This document shows, piece after piece, positions 24,491-37,384 of a stretch of 64,000 bases of DNA (position 1 is the first letter of the stretch; every line of letters begins with the position of its first letter). Made by a program: the position numbers and the translations under genes. The notes below the pieces were generated by a model, which saw nothing but the letters and a program-made list of their open reading frames with translations, ran no database searches and had not been told where the DNA came from. Origin of the DNA: Vicugna vicugna (Eukaryota); NCBI GenBank assembly GCA_013265495.1, contig MU058781.1:6724522-6788521 (forward strand), written 5' to 3'.

Positions 24491-27083
24491 TATTCTGTAA
24501 AGCACAGAGAGCAATTTCCTATCTGTATGTTTCAGCTATCATTATGACCAATAATGCTGTTAGTAATGTTGGGTGTTTTCAAGAGATGGAGGCTATGAAG
24601 TGGCTGTGGTCTGGAAACGTCATTAAAATGTAATGTGTATGTCAGAAAACATAAAGTATGTGCCTAGATGACCCGGGGCCTCCAAAAAGGCCGAAAATGG
24701 ATCGAGCCAGGTAGGTGGGCATACTAGTCCTGAACCCCAGCAAGGACTACCTATCACACTGTTTATTCCAGCAGAATCTTTCAAGAGGCAACTTCTCAAC
24801 TCACACTAGAGGCAAAGGAGCTCAGAGCAAAGACTCAAGGCTACAGGTCAGAAGAGAATCTGGGTTCAAATCCCAGCACCTTCACTACTGAGCTTTGCGA
24901 CTTCCAACAAATGGCTTCAACTGAGACTTACAGTCTTCATCTCATCAAACAATATGCCTTCAACCACCCGAGGATGGGAACAGCCACGTTAACAAGTGAC
25001 TGATAAATGTTAGTAATAATAGTGAAGTCTTAAAAAGGGAGGAAATACACTCAAATAAAAGCTCCAGTGAAAGGGGCATTCACCGTGAAGGAGGAAGAGA
25101 GTGAATCAGAATATCCAAACTTTTTCTACCGCGATGCAGGAAGGGGAGCATGTGTGCGGCCTGCAGGCACCAGGGGGGTGAAAGCAGCCTGTGTGAAGCA
25201 GAGATGACCCAAAGGAAGGACAGAAGTACTGAGCAGACCCAGGCCAAGCCGCAGAATTCACAAATTTGCTCAGAGGCTACCCTCCCTGAAACCAAAAATC
25301 ATGCACTGGAACATTTTTTGTCTTTGGGTTACAAAAATAGCTTTGTCTCTTCTGTCTTAGTGGTTCTGTCTTGCTTTGCTTTCACTGTAGATTTTGCTTC
25401 TTTAAAAATTTAACCATGTCACCTATATTAATAATAATAGCAGCTATAGTATGAGACATATGCTGGGACCAAAATTAATGAAGCCATCACTTTCCATATC
25501 AAGTAACTAGGAAACATAAGACACTACACACCTTCTCTCATGTAGGTTTTCCCCACCCATAGTTTGGTTGCTCTGCTTACCAGGAAGTAATGACATAACT
25601 AAGAGTTTCATTCATGGGAAGCCATCTTATTTGAGTCTACATTAAAATCATGTGTTGTTTTTTTTTTAAATGGCTGTTTTTCCTGCAGTAGACCAATGTC
25701 ATACACAGTTCATGAGAGAATGGCTCCTGAAAACAACCCCCCATAGCAAGTCCTGGTAACACAAGTACAATGTAAGGGCAGAAAGCTAATGAGATTGGTC
25801 ACAGGGAGAACGGCTTTAAGAGAGTGAGAAAAAGCTGAAAGAAGGAATGGAACCATCATAATTAGGCCTTTGCTCTGAAAAATAAAATCATGTTTATAAT
25901 ACATTTTATGTGAAAAAGATGAAAAGTTCTGGTTTTGACTTCAAGCAGATACTTCCTAAAATTAATCACAGAAAAAAAGGGGATGAAATTGTATGCTCTT
26001 CTTCTTAGGAGAGTAATTCAATCAGGCTCTTCAACCTCATTTTTCACCCTTAGACATTTTATGTTATTAACATGTCCCTTTAACTTGATGAACTGGATAA
26101 TAAATGGTTCCCCTAGTTGGGTGAAGGGGAGGTTTAAATTTTAAAAAGAGGCAGAAATGGATTTTTAGAACCAGGAGAGGGAATAGGCGCCTGCTCTGTC
26201 CACTCCACTCATCGATCTGCTACTGCGGTACTCCCAGGAATGGTGCAGGGGGGAAAAAAAAAGGCAGGAATATATCTTCGGTCTTCTTGTGAATTAGAAT
26301 TACTATCCTCCTACAAAGACTTCTAAGGAAATGACATTCCATGAGATCAATAACTTCGCGAATGGTAAAAATCTCACTCATGGACTGTCTGAAGTTCTGC
26401 TCCAAGTTCCAGAACGTCTTCAGTGATGTTTATATTCTCAAATATGGAACAGTGCAGGCTGGACTGTGCTACAGTCAAACAGGGAGACCGTCTACGAAAC
26501 TTTCAGTCAGTCCTCAGAACGCAGCATAAGCTACGCTATACACTTTACTGAGAGTCATGTGAATGAGCATCAATGACCAATTCTGAGAGCAGTGTGTTTA
26601 CACTGGTCCAGTTAAAGACTGATGTCCTTCTGGTCACAACTCTACAGTGGGAACTGTTAATCAATATTTGAAATTTTTATACCAAATCTTGATTCGACCC
26701 TTTTCCAGTTCCTATTAAATTTAGAAAGTGAAACAAGAATCCAACAATTTGGATGACTTCACACTGGTTTTTACTATTAAAAACAACAATAAACTCTTCA
26801 AAGAGAAAACATTATTGGATTTTTTTGACCATGTACCATTTTCTCACTTCTCTTCCACTGCAGGTCTCATGAAGTAACCCAATCACAAAAGCACATTAAA
26901 TAATACTATTTAAAAATTAGTATCATTTAAATATGCAGAATATAAGAAAGAAAAAGTTTGGACCCAGTGAAATACACACTTGGCCTAAAGTCTCCAGGAT
27001 TCTTGGAATAAAGAAAATAATGAAATAAAGAAGAGTTAAAAAGGAGTAGAAATCAGAATGATCGAGCCAGCGATTTAAATTTT

Positions 27084-27178
27084 TCTTTTTTTTTTTTAGT
27101 GGAGGTACTGGAGGTGGAACCCAGGACCTCATGCATGCCAAGCATGTGCTCCATTACTGAGATACACCCACCTCCCCC
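27084..27178 (-). mobile_element. tRNA-Ala-derived SINE (camelid Vic-1-like), full length with TSDs
   Basis: The reverse complement is ggggaggtgggtgtatctcagtaatggagcacatgcttggcatgcatgaggtcctgggttccacctccagtacctccact plus an A-tail. TSD gcgatttaaatttt (27070-27083) / gcaatttagatttt (27180-27193). Confidence 0.9.
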
Positions 27179-29579
27179 TGCAATTTAGATTTTAAAGTTT
27201 GTTGATTTTCTGTATGGAGGGGAAAAAAATGCTGTGTATATTTCCAAAAGGAACAACATTAGTAAACTGTGTTTCTAGGTATTAGTGAAATACAAACCCC
27301 CCAAACAAAAGCAACAGTGCAAGTTTCCTTGATCCAGTTTTACGTTAAACACAAAGCATTAGAGATGCCTTTCTTCCAATAGAAAATTTCAACCAGTTCA
27401 ACCTGATAGCTGAGCTCCTGACTAAAAACCTGCCACAGCGGCTTCATAAGCACATTTATCTCAGTCAGCTCATGGAAGGCCTTTCAGATCTACCTTTCAG
27501 CTCAACTTTTATTTTATTACAATGCAACGTAACTATGGAGACATAGGATGTAGTTATATTTCCTCTTATAAACAAAGAGAGCTGCTTTTTACAACTCAGT
27601 TCCCTATAAACTGTGTCATTTAGGGTCAATTTTATTTATTTTTTTTTAAAGAATGGAGGAAACAAGCATTTAAGTGGAAAAGAATAAAAAGAGAAAAAAA
27701 CATTTTTTAAATAAAATGCAGGGCAGATGTTCTGTGTAATTACAAGGGAGGCTACATTTCGGTCACTACTGCCTGATGGCCAGAGGGCACTGGCTGTCTT
27801 CAAATCCCTAAGTGACCCTGCTGGGGTGACACAGAGCCCAGGCTTGCAGGTCTCGCTCACCAGCAGGTGGTCACGAGGGAAACCTCAGCCAGCTGCTTAC
27901 CAGTGACAAGGGAGGCCGAACACCACCCATTCCTAATTTAGGACCTCTGGACACTCCCCACGCTACATGCTTCTGTGGCTGGAAAGCCAAATGAAATATT
28001 CCGGCAACATTCTAATATCATAAACCCAGACTCCCCAGTAATGTCATGGTAAAAAGACAACGTCTAAAAATGATACTCTTGTACTAACTGCGTATCATAA
28101 ATATGACCAATGTCCAATGCATAATGGGACCCATTTTTTTTAAAGCAATACACAAATATAAACATATCAGTCCCCCAGGGATTAGAACCCCACACCCTGC
28201 AATCACACAGACCCTGTGCAGGCTTATTGGCCGCAACACCTCACAGGTTTCTTCACACCTTGAACTTCAGGTTTCTTATCACTGTAAGGGCAACAGCAAC
28301 TTCACCTGTTGGGTCAATAAGTGAAAGTTTATTTTGGGGCTATTTCTGTCATTTTTCCTCATTTACCTGGGGAAGACGGAAGAGCACTGAAAAGGCCAAA
28401 ATGCTAATGGTGGTTCTCTCTTGGAAGTGGGACTGCAGATTTTTTTTTTCTGTTCCTGTCTGTGCTTTTCCACAGTTCTCGAATTTTCTACAATGAACAC
28501 TCTCGTGCCTTAGTAATCTTTTCTTTTAAACTAGTCACTCTCCTGAATAAATGTCACAATTAGATTCTGAAGAAATGTTTATTGTCTTCAGGGAAAAAAT
28601 AATGGTTCCTGCTTGACCTCCTCGTGTGTTTGGCAGATAATTCCTGCTAGGGAGAGCCAGTTTGAGGCCCAAGGCGGTAGGAGGCAGAAAAGCCCTGAGT
28701 TCCCGGTGGGGTTAAGTGTTACTGACCCCCTGGCTCAGGGAGAACTCTGCTGCGCGGAGGGGAGTGCAGGGAACCCGGGCATACAACCCTGAAGGGAGCT
28801 GGGTCCTCAATGAACCTGACGAAAGCAATGCATCTTGTGTCTTTCTGTCCTCACCAAGTGATGAGAAGCTCAGGAGCTCTGGCAATAAATAGGTCCATGC
28901 AGAGTATTTTTTTTAAAAGCATCCAGACGATTTTAACAAGTAGGCAGGTATGCAGAATGATTACCCTGGCAGGTCCATGCACCTCTAAGCACCAAGCCCC
29001 AAAAGGAGAAAAAATTTCAATTCTTTCACAATTCAGGGCTCTCCCCCTAATCTACAGAAGAGGGGAAGGGGGAGAAGGGGATGACAACCACTGACAGTTT
29101 TGTTAGACTGTACCTGGTAAACAAAATTCTTTATCTTCTTAGATTTACACAGGCATATAACAAAAAGCTGGCTAATTTCAAAATTCAAAAGCTGATTTAT
29201 ACTACAGCTGATATATACCACACCGATGAGTATAAATGAGGCTTTTATAAGATGAATTACTAGTTTCCAACCCAATTCTAGAGTTGAGATGGAATCTGAT
29301 GGCTTACTTGGCTTTAAAGAGACCTTAAAACCACAGTATCTCCTGCTCTTTAAACCTCACCTCCTTTCATCTTACAGCTGCACAGAGGTTATTTTAAAAT
29401 GGAAATAGAAATTTCCTCCAGTGAGAGGAACACAGAAGACCCCACACAACCAACTCAAATGCATGCGAATAACTAACAGTGACTTCTTATCACGTACATA
29501 AAAGTCAGTGTTAAATTGACACTATTAGAACAGCTCCTCAGCCGTCAGAGGAAGGAGGGCTGGGCCACCTCGTCACTGA

Positions 29580-30369
29580 TTGTCTAGAAAAAAACTCACC
29601 ATTTCCCCTTTACTCTCACACTCGCAGCACGTCTGACACCAGATCTGGGGGTTCCCCACCAGACAATTCTGACAGCATCTGCCTGGAGTCAGCATCAGAC
29701 CCTGCAGTTGCGGGCTCATCCCACGAGACTGCCCCCAGCACCTCAGACACCAGCTGCAAGTCTGGTTTATCACCCATGCTTCTGAACAACCGGCTCTCAA
29801 CCAGAGGCTCTCGCCCCTCCTCCTTGGGTTCAGTCATTTGCTAGAAGAGCTCACAGAATGCAGGGAAACACTGACCATGTACTGGTGTGTTGGGGAATAA
29901 GGCAACGACAAAGAGACGGGTGGACAGCCAGACGCAGAGGCACACAGGGAGCGGTCCCCAGGGTCCCCAGTGCAGGAGCTTCTGTCCCTGTGGAGTTGGG
30001 ATGCATTGCCCTCCTACCACACGGATGTGTTTGTTCATCAGCCCAGAAGCCCTCTGCACCCCAGACTTCTAGGGTTTTTTACGGAGGCTCCATCACATAG
30101 GCACGATTGATTATTAACTGCATTTCCAATCCCCTTTCAGGAGAAGGGCGGGAAGGGGCTGAAGGTTCGAAGTTTCAAATCATTGCTTGGTCTTTCTAGT
30201 GACCAGCCCCCATCCCAGAGCCCACCAGGAGGCCCCTCATTAGAACAAAAGATGTCCCGATCATCCAGAAAGTTCCAAGGGATTCAGGAGCTCTGCGTCA
30301 GGAACCAGGACAAAGGCCAATATATATGTATATATTGATACTTATATATGTATTTCTTCTTATTTCACA
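29580..30369 (-). mobile_element. MER21C-like solo LTR
   Basis: ctctcacactc...gacaccagatctgggggttccccacca...gcatcagaccctgcag...ccctcctccttgggttcagtcatttgctagaagagctcacagaa...ttccaagggattcaggagctctgcgtcaggaacc...tatttcaca. Confidence 0.85.
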
Positions 30370-30519
30370 TTGTCCTCAACTTTCAGTAATGCAGTAAGGT
30401 GTCCCTCCTCCCCATCCTGAGCCTCACAACTGGGACGGGCTTAAATGAATGCGCTGTTCTATGCTTCCTAGTCCCAAGCAGTGTTGTAAAGAAGAAAAGG
30501 GAGGTAAAAGGAGCTGAAG

Positions 30520-30625
30520 GTACCACGTGCCAGGCCTGGTGCCCAGTACTTTACACATACTGTTTCATTTAATCACAGTAATCCCATAAGGTGGCTACCG
30601 TTACCCTCATTCATCGATGAGGATC
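30520..30625 (-). mobile_element. MIR fragment (antisense)
   Basis: taccacgtgccaggcctggtgcccagtactttacacatactgtttcatttaatcac...ccctcattcatcgatgagga. Confidence 0.75.
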
Positions 30626-31189
30626 ATCCTGAAAGTCAACAATTCCAACTGGACTCACAAGTAAAATTAATGAGTAATATGAACACATTATTTTTTAAAA
30701 CATATCATTCATTTTGACAAGCCCAGTAGAATTTCTACGAAGCAGACATATGCGTTACATTCAAATGTGACTGCATCTCCCTCAGGGAAAAACAAAACAA
30801 AACAAAAAAAAACCAGCGACTAGGAAAACATTTGTTAAGGGAAAAGAAAAGGGAGTCTGGATTCTGCACGGGCTGCCAACAACCCAAAGTGGAGAACAGC
30901 AACCAGAAGTCCCCGGTAATTTCAGGAGTTGTTATCACCAGCTGGTCCTGAACCCGAGTGCAAGCGGACTCCCTGTCTGGCTCACCTCTGAGTAGCAGTG
31001 GCCTCTGACTGGAGACACAGTATGTCTAATTGGGTTGTTAGGAAAAAGTGACCATCAGTCTCTTCGTATAGTTATGGGAAGCAAAGATGCCTTCAAAGTG
31101 GAGAACTAGGGCAATTTATTCAGGCTTTGGGTAAGTGAAATGAGAGAATTCCAGAGACAGGCCCCAGCACCTCAAGCGTCAATATTCAC

Positions 31190-31500
31190 TGAGTGTTAGT
31201 TGTACAATGTAAGAATGGACAAGAACCTATCCTGCTTTGAAACAGATTACAGTCCAGTGAGGAAGCGGGGCGCCTGGCACACGGTGGGGGCTCAACAAGG
31301 ACCTGATGAATGAAGAAAGGAAGGAACGGTCATGAAACAAGCATACCAAAAAGAAAGGTACAATAACATAAAATGTGATCGATGCAATGAGAAAGCTATG
31401 AAGAGCTGCTGGGTTTGGAGGGTGGAGACATGGCTCCCAGCAGAAGAAATCAGGAAGGTCTTCATGAGGATGGAGTAGACAAGATGGTCCTGAAAGATGA
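31190..31500 (-). mobile_element. L2 fragment (antisense) with a short + strand L2 tail at about 31270-31320
   Basis: gacaagaacctatcctgctttgaaacagattacagtccagtgagg...aatcaggaaggtcttcatgagga...ggtcctgaaagatgag; the inner piece reads gcgcctggcacacggtgggggctcaacaag...gatgaatgaa. Confidence 0.6.
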
Positions 31501-32566
31501 GGGAACTTGTCAGTCTTCCCTCTCACCTAATGAAGAATAGGGCTTATTCTATTATGCCAGCCTTGAAACATATGCTTATGACTTGATCTAAAATTTCATG
31601 CAAACAATGAAGCACTAACTGAAATATATTTCCCCCTGGAAATTTGGCAACTAAGTCTCACTGAAATGTCAGAAACTAGTATCTCAGTTTTCTGAGTTAT
31701 AATGGGTTCAATATGATACTTAAAAAAAGGTCTCTTTCCTCCATCCCCTTGCCATATGTAGGTTTCCTTGAACCATTATCTTGGAACTGAAAGTCTTTAG
31801 AATCTAACGCCTGTGGAGGCTACATCTTCACCCAGCAAAGAAAAAGCAGTGTTTTAATATGTGGGATGTACTCAGTTATTTATTTACTCATTTCATAAAA
31901 CCATTCAATTTAGTCAACCAATCACATGAAATTTTATAGTCTTGCATGTTAAATAACCCCAGGATGATAAAAGAGTCATTTAACTCTAATACATACACAA
32001 TTACTATGCAAGCAAGTTGGCACAAATTCCTTCTTCTTTAAGACCTCTATTATTTGTTCCAATAGAATAAAACTTCAAAGGAAAACAAGTTTAAATCTTG
32101 GAAAAACTCTAAGGTGCTCTAGGACGCTTCCCCCCTCCTCTCCAGCCCTCCCACATGCATCTGCTGCATATTAACAACAGTAGAACAACAAAAGATATCT
32201 ATAAACAACATTTCCTGCAAGGAAGACATGAGACATTCTGGTGCATATCTTAGTAACAGATGTTTTAGTCCATCTGAGATCCAGTATTCGACAAAGCAGT
32301 AATGATATACTTCATTGTAACACAACAAAGAAATGTAAGTTATACTCGATTTGTTTTTATTTATAATCGCTCCTCAAGGCCATTCTAGCAGAAGCTTATT
32401 CAACTCTCTTGCTGTCCCTGAATGCGATCGTCCTTAGCGTCTGACAGTCCAACCATTTGAAATGGAAATGAAGTCTCACAGAGGCTGTCCTGGAGTGCTG
32501 CACTCAGATCAGAACACTGGCAGCGATGATGGAGTCCACTCTCCTTTCACATGTATGTATTTGCCC

Positions 32567-32731
32567 AGGTCAGCACGGGTCATCAGCTGCCCAAGGCAGC
32601 CCGAACAGGAGCCCAGGTTTCTGGATTGCCAGTTGTAACACACACACGTGCACGATGACCATGGCAGCCGGAGCTTTTCCGGTGAGGATACATTGATTTC
32701 TGTTAAACAAGGAAGCCCTGACTAAAAATAG
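32567..32731. promoter_or_regulatory. Candidate intronic enhancer: DR4 nuclear-receptor element, E-boxes and MEF2 site
   Basis: AGGTCAgcacGGGTCA (32567-32582), CAGCTG (32584-32589), CACGTG (32645-32650), TAAACAA (32704-32710) and CTAAAAATAG (32722-32731), in sequence with no recognisable repeat. Confidence 0.45.
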
Positions 32732-33309
32732 AGCTTGAATTTCTTCATGGTAGACAGGCAAGAAAAAAATGAATGGTTCATGTATACTTTTTCTCCACTA
32801 AGCTTTTAAATGTTTTGGTATCATTTTGTGCTTATTTCAAAGAGGGGTTTAGAAGTTTGGGTGAATTACCTGATGGGTTGGTATGATATCTGTATTCACG
32901 GTAGGAACTGCTCTTCATAAAGTAACGGTGACATTTACCATACCTGTCTGTAGTAGGCATTTTCCTAGACTAAGTAACTGCTGCTGGGTTTGGCTGTGGT
33001 AGTTGTGGCAGTGACCGGTAGTAATAATTAGGATGGAAACAACAAAAGACAACATGACCGAACTTCCTGTGCCCAGTACTGTTCTCAGAGCCCTACATGC
33101 ACTTACTAATCCTTTAATCTTTCAACACTCGGGCCTTATCTTCTTTTATTAATGGGGAAAGAGAGGGGAACAGAAGGTTTTGCAGGTGATGAGCCAGAGA
33201 ATCCTTCAGTATTCAGCCGAGACTAACTGGATATAACACTGGAACAAAAAACTGAGATGAAATGTAAAATAAAAATTTAATTGAAGTCCTGCTGCTATTG
33301 CCATCCAGA

Positions 33310-33450
33310 ACAGTGCTTCTTAAACTTGAATATGCACACAGATTACCTGTGAACTATGATAAAAAAAAAACAAAAACAGATTCTGCTTCACTAAACCTGG
33401 GGTTGGGGGCTGAGATTCTGCATTTCTAACGTGCGTCACACTGAGTAATG
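33310..33450. mobile_element. MER5-like hAT MITE fragment
   Basis: cagtgcttcttaaacttgaatatgcacacagattacctg...cagattctgcttca...ggggctgagattctgcatttctaac. Confidence 0.75.
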
Positions 33451-34133
33451 AGAGATTTGAGTACAGAAATTATTTGCTATGAAGAAAGCATTACTGTTTA
33501 CCTGATTCTACACATGGGAGAAAAATGCTCTTGGGAACCTAAGATTCAACCTAACTAGGGGTCAAAAAGCAATCACTTATATGGTGTACTCTGTCCTTCC
33601 CATGATTATTTCCCTTCTTTCAAGATGCACCAGCAGAATTAAGCGAGCACTCCCATTCCTCCTTTCCAGACACAGCTGACATGTTTTCAGAAGCAGCTCT
33701 CACAGGAGGGACATATGTAAAATACAGCTGAAGGCAGGACTTGAAGTAATGGCTGCATAATTAACTTGACATAAAACACGATTATTTGCATTTCAAGTCC
33801 TACAAGTTTTTTTCCCCTTTAACAAGAATTCCTGAAGTTAGCAGTTTTTTATGATGAACTCTTAATAGATTAGGATTAACATATGTGATTCTAAATCATT
33901 AAAGAAGCTTTAATTGGTCTTTGAAGGATGGAATCCATTCTGCTACCCAAATATATTATTCCCCTAAAACCCATTAAGAAGCTAGTTTGCTCTCACCTGG
34001 ATTTCAAATTAGTCTGGTTCCATGAACTCGGTCTAATTATATTTTAAAAAGAGAAAGAAGTCAAGGACATTCAAATCAAAGATCTTGACCTTCTGGGGAA
34101 AGTCTAATTAACTAAAAGTATCTTAGTTGTTGT

Positions 34134-34515
34134 TATTATGGGGTTTAACTGTCTCCTCAAAATTCATCTGTTGAAGTCCTAACCCCCAGCACCTCAGAAT
34201 ATGACTAGATTTGGAGATGTGGTCTTTAGGTTAAAATGAAGTCTTTACAATGGGCCCTAATCCAATAATGACTGGTGTCCTTATAAGAAAAGGAGCTTAG
34301 GGGACACACGGACACACACACAGGGATGATCATATGAAGACACAGGGAGAAGACGGCCATCTACAAGCCAAGGAGAGAGGCCTCAGTAGAAACCAACCCT
34401 ACTCACACCTTAATTCCAGACTTCCTGGCCTCCAGGAGTGTAAGCAAATAAAGTTCTGTTACTCAAGTCACCCAGTCTATGGCACTTTATTACAGCACCC
34501 TGGAAAACGAATACA
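34134..34515 (+). mobile_element. MLT1A/B-type MaLR solo LTR
   Basis: aaaattcatctgttgaagtcctaacccccagcacctcagaatatgact...gggccctaatccaataatgactggtgtccttataagaa...gccatctacaagccaaggagagaggcctca...aataaagttctgtt...gaaaacgaataca. Confidence 0.9.
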
Positions 34516-34799
34516 TTTGCTTTTTGCCTTGATTCTGAATTCAGAGTAAAATACAGCAGAAACTCACTATACTCATATACATATGATTCAGAAAAAGATG
34601 GGCTGTACACACGTCACCATGAACATTATTACTGGAAACGCTGGGCACAAGTAGGCCCACGGTGAGAATAAGAAGGCTTTGCCATAGGTACCAAATCACT
34701 TGTTCTCTTTCTACTCAACAATGCAAGGTATTCTATGTCAATGCACATACTTCTGTTCACTGACATGCAGACCATGCCACCAGGATAACAATCTGAAGC

Positions 34800-35010
34800 C
34801 CATCTAGATTTAAATTTGGGTGTCATTTAATTAGCTATATACAATATCATTTAATTAACTATATACAATATCATTTAATTAGCTATATATACAATAATTA
34901 GCTATATAATCTCTAATAATTAGCTATATAATCTAATCATTTGAACCCCACCCATCTCTAAAATGGGTATCTACTTCATAAAGCTACGGTAAGGATTAAA
35001 TGAGATAATA
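34800..35010 (+). mobile_element. MIR element interrupted by an AT-rich minisatellite
   Basis: MIR-like flanks (ctagatttaaatttgggtgtcattta... and catctctaaaatgggtatctacttcataaagctacggtaaggattaaatgagataata) surround the tandem array. Confidence 0.7.
34823..34940 (+). repeat. Tandem repeat with a ~24-bp unit tcatttaattagctatatacaata
   Basis: Three near-full units of 24, 24 and 26 bp are followed by two shorter attagctatataatct units. Confidence 0.9.
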
Positions 35011-35476
35011 TATTTCGGAACAGACACTGGCGACCAGCTCTTCCAGTACACAGTGGATGCCTTTCAGCCCTGGTTAGTAGATGTATCAAACACAGTCAAA
35101 ACTCTCCTCTCTTATGGACTTACTTCAGCAGCTGGACAGTAAACTGAAAAAAGCAGATTAAAGCAGGGAATCATAAAAACTGATACTAGTACTTCTAAGC
35201 ATTTGTATGTTAACTTATATCATATGTTCATTCATTTACCAATCTTTAGATGTGAGGCAAAGGCCATTTCCTTGAAAATGGCCTGCTGAATGGAGTTCTG
35301 GTTGTTTTTCCTATGTAAACTATACCATGAGGCATTATCAATTTTTGGTTTCTGTTTCTCTAAAGATAATCAAGAACTAAAAGATCTTTGAAACACAACC
35401 TGAGTGCAGAAGCTTCCTATATTTTTATAATCCCTCTTCCTTCCTGAACTTAAGTTCAGCTGCATTTTTTTAGCAT

Positions 35477-35663
35477 AGTCGTTCTCCAACATCAGCGTGC
35501 TTCAGAATCACCTGGAGGGTTTGGTAAAACACAGATTTCTGGGCCTTACCCTCAGAGTTCAGATTCAGCAGGTCTGTGGCAGGGGCCCAAAATATGCATT
35601 TTTAACAGTTCCCAGAGAATGCTGATGGTACTGATCTGGGAACTGCATTTTAGGAACTCACCT
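35477..35663. mobile_element. MER5A hAT MITE
   Basis: gttctccaacatcagcgtgcttcagaatcacctggagggtttggtaaaacacagatttctgggcc...cagattcagcaggtctg...tgcatttttaacagttcccag...tttaggaac. Confidence 0.85.
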
Positions 35664-36144
35664 TCACTGATTCTAACTTTCAAAGAAAGTGCATCTTTCT
35701 GCATTCATATTTCATTGACTTACATAATATTTAATTAAATTCCATAACTTAAGAGACAAATATTACTGATGCTAGGTAGCTTACAATTCCACTGGGAGGA
35801 ACAGAAGTGCTTGGGGATGCACCTGGAATGTCCAGGGACATTCCACTTATTATGGACATCAGTTGACTTGTGTTACAGAAAAAGCAAGGAGCACCAGTTA
35901 ATGCAATGAATTGGTTAAATGGAGGTCAGTTAAGAAAACTTCAAATGCATTAAGCTGATGCTAATCATTTTCTTGCAACTGCCTTCACCACATAGGAGAA
36001 AAGAATCATAAGCTAGAAATACACTTTTCTAATCATCACATACTTATTAAAGACTTTTCTCACTACTCAGCATCTCAAGCTATAGTTATAGCTTGAGGGT
36101 GATCCATCCGGATTTCATTTATAGGTATAGAAATTCCCTATTGA

Positions 36145-36697
36145 AGCCACGACATGGGAACAACCTAAATGTCCATCGACAGATGACTGGTTAAGGAAGC
36201 TATGGTGTATTCATACAATGGAATACTACTCAGCCATAATAAAGAACAAAATAATACTGTTTGCTGCAAATTAGATGGACCTGGAGATCATCATTCTAAA
36301 TGAAGTAAGCCAGAAAGAGAAAGAAAAATACCATATGATATCACTTATATGTGGAATCTTAAAAAAAAAAGACACAAATGAACTTATTTACAAAACAGAA
36401 ACAGACTCACAGACATAGAAAATAATCTTACAGTTACAGGGAGTATGGGGAAGGAGATGGGAAGGGATAAATCGGGAGTTTGAGATTTGCAGATACCAAC
36501 TACTAAATATAAACTAGATAAACAACAAGTTTGTACTGTATAGCACAGGGAACTATTTTCAATATCTTACAGTAACCTATAATGAAAAAGAATATGAAAA
36601 GGAATACACGTATGTATATGTATGTCTGTAACATTATGCTATATACCAGAAATTGACACAACATGATAGACTGACTATACTTCAATTAAAAAAAAGA
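36145..36697 (+). mobile_element. Relatively young 5'-truncated L1 with TSDs
   Basis: caacctaaatgtccatcgacagatgactgg...gtatagcacagggaactattttcaatatct...ctgactatacttcaatt plus an A-tail. TSD aaattccctattga (36131-36144) / aaatttcctattga (36698-36711). Confidence 0.92.
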
Positions 36698-37384
36698 AAA
36701 TTTCCTATTGAGACTTTACAAGTGAGCCTTACTATCTTTATCCCTGTCATATTCTGAGAAATCACATGTCAAATTTGTGATTCAAGACTTTGTGTGACTT
36801 TGACTTTTTTTTAAAACCTTACTCTTTTTCCTAGAGGTTCCAATCAATCCATACACACTACAGTCCTTCAGATGAAGACCTGGGAGAGTGGAACTTACTT
36901 GTGCCTTTTTGGGTTCAGTGCACTCCAAATCTATTTTCATTCAATTAAACAACAAACTTATATGCTAGAACACAAATTACCAGCCTCCTACCCCAACATC
37001 CTTCAGCTATCCAGCAGCACTGGTAAACCAGGAAGAGGTTAACCAACTGTGACAGCTTGTCAAGACCTCGTGAAAGAGATTCATCTCTAGTTGCACAAAT
37101 GTGAACTGGTAGCCAAGGGCAAAGAGGCCGCTGCCCCTGGCCTCACTCCTCCCAAATACGACTCCCGTGTCCCAACTACATGGGCACTGGACCCCAGGGC
37201 TATAAAAAATATACTAGAAATTCCAGCTCACTTTCTCTTCCAAAAATCTAAGGAAAACTTGTCTAATTTACTCATTAAATATATGTCCCACAATTTCTGC
37301 ATCTGGCTTGTTTTATGCTTGTTTCTTATCTTGATCAAAAGAAATGAAAGCTATAAGGAACAGGAAAAAAAAATTACTAGCAAA

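Noticed and set aside
27098..27178. tRNA-Ala gene
   Set aside because: Diverged body, A-tail and TSDs show it is a SINE copy.
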